Shown here piece after piece: positions 43,393-43,990 of a stretch of 43,990 nucleotides of DNA. The notes beneath the pieces are model-generated. The model was not told where the DNA came from. It searched no databases and was given only the letters and a program-made list of their open reading frames with translations. The stretch's first letter is position 1. Each line of letters opens with the position of its first letter. The DNA lies in contig JBGPIJ010000001.1 in the NCBI GenBank assembly GCA_041484865.1, positions 1 to 43,990 of the forward strand, given 5' to 3'. The translations under genes and the position numbers were made by a program. The stretch comes from Gemmatimonadota bacterium. GTDB lineage: Bacteria; Gemmatimonadota; Gemmatimonadetes; Gemmatimonadales; GWC2-71-9.

Positions 43393-43990
43393 TCACTCCG
43401 GCACCGGCTCGACCTGCCGCAGCTGCCCGAAGCGCAGCCGGCTCCGCGACAGCGCATGCAGGCCGAGCACGGTGATGGGGATGAAGCCGCCGATGTGGTA
43501 GGCCACCGCATAGCTCACGGCCTGATCGGCAGCGACTCCGTACAGTCCCAGCGTCAAGCGCGTCACCGCCTCAAAGGGACCGAAGAATCCGGGCGACGAG
43601 GGGAGGGCGACCCCGAATCCGACGAGCGCCTGGAGGGGGAAGGCCGCCTCCCACGGCACCGCGAGCTGGAACGCCCGGAAGCACACCGCGAACGACAGGG
43701 CGTTCACGATCCACAACACGAGCGACCAGGCGACGACGCGCGCTAGCCGGCCCGGGCTCTTGAGCACCGCGAGCCCGGCGAGGACGCCGTCGGCGAGATC
43801 GGTAACGCGCATCGCGTGGCGCGCCGGCAGCACGGCGTGGGCCACGCGCGAGAAGAGCGCGAGCCACCGCGCCGGGCGCTGCGCGACGACGAATGCGATC
43901 ACGAGCGCGGCGCTGAACAGGGCGCCGGCCCAGCGGGCGACGTGCGCGAGCGACACGGCCTGGCCGGCGGCGTGCGGAGACGACGGGGCC
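43393..43990 (-). CDS. UPF0104/LPG-synthase-TM-type (flippase-like) membrane protein, C-terminal part; the N-terminus lies beyond the window
   Basis: The reading frame stays open to nt 43990. Hydrophobic helices are present, with ...LVGFGVALPSSPGFFGPFEAV...AVSYAVAYHIGGFIP. Confidence 0.5.
   Translation of the reverse strand, partial: APSSPHAAGQAVSLAHVARWAGALFSAALVIAFVVAQRPARWLALFSRVAHAVLPARHAMRVTDLADGVLAGLAVLKSPGRLARVVAWSLVLWIVNALSFAVCFRAFQLAVPWEAAFPLQALVGFGVALPSSPGFFGPFEAVTRLTLGLYGVAADQAVSYAVAYHIGGFIPITVLGLHALSRSRLRFGQLRQVEPVPE

Overview
High-GC chromosomal window (hand-counted 60-nt lines in core genes are 68% GC or higher) from a diderm bacterium; Lnt, LolA and an Omp85-type barrel are all present. 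No phylum-level assignment is possible from sequence alone. The window is almost entirely housekeeping genes in tightly packed operons, many joined by 4-nt ATGA/GTGA overlaps. Plus-strand blocks: rpoD(partial)-yajQ-rimO-hemL-spoIID-OMP-oxidoreductase-lnt-TSUP, then rpmE-prfA-prmC-ylbF-like-tmk-ctpA-DUF2520. Minus-strand blocks: crp-MBL-CsgG/LpoB-like-HD-GYP; rsfS-(peptidase/PD40/Omp85 giant)-SPOR-SPOR-smc-MBL-aroF-lolA; rpsF-rpsR-rplI; ABC(gldA/F/G-like)-DUF4340-prs-rplY-pth-ychF; and ispE plus a UPF0104 partial gene. I found no CRISPR array, transposase, integrase or recognisable defence system. The only accessory-looking patch is about 39.6-42.1 kb around a tRNA-Gln(UUG). There, a perfect 40-bp copy of the tRNA 5' half lies 1.1 kb upstream of the intact gene and bounds a lower-GC insert that carries an orphan PAS ORF. 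The locus is flanked by two paralogous small lipoproteins with Cys-acidic-Cys tails. Other points worth a second look:
- an in-frame TAG splitting a Gfo/Idh/MocA oxidoreductase whose C-terminus continues in frame;
- a 1096-aa metallopeptidase-like/PD40/Omp85-barrel fusion;
- two SPOR-domain proteins translationally coupled to smc, one with a degenerate ParA/BY-kinase-like domain;
- an 11-bp GC hairpin that occludes a ribosome-binding site.
All functional calls rest on my recognition of motifs in the supplied translations. No database search was run.
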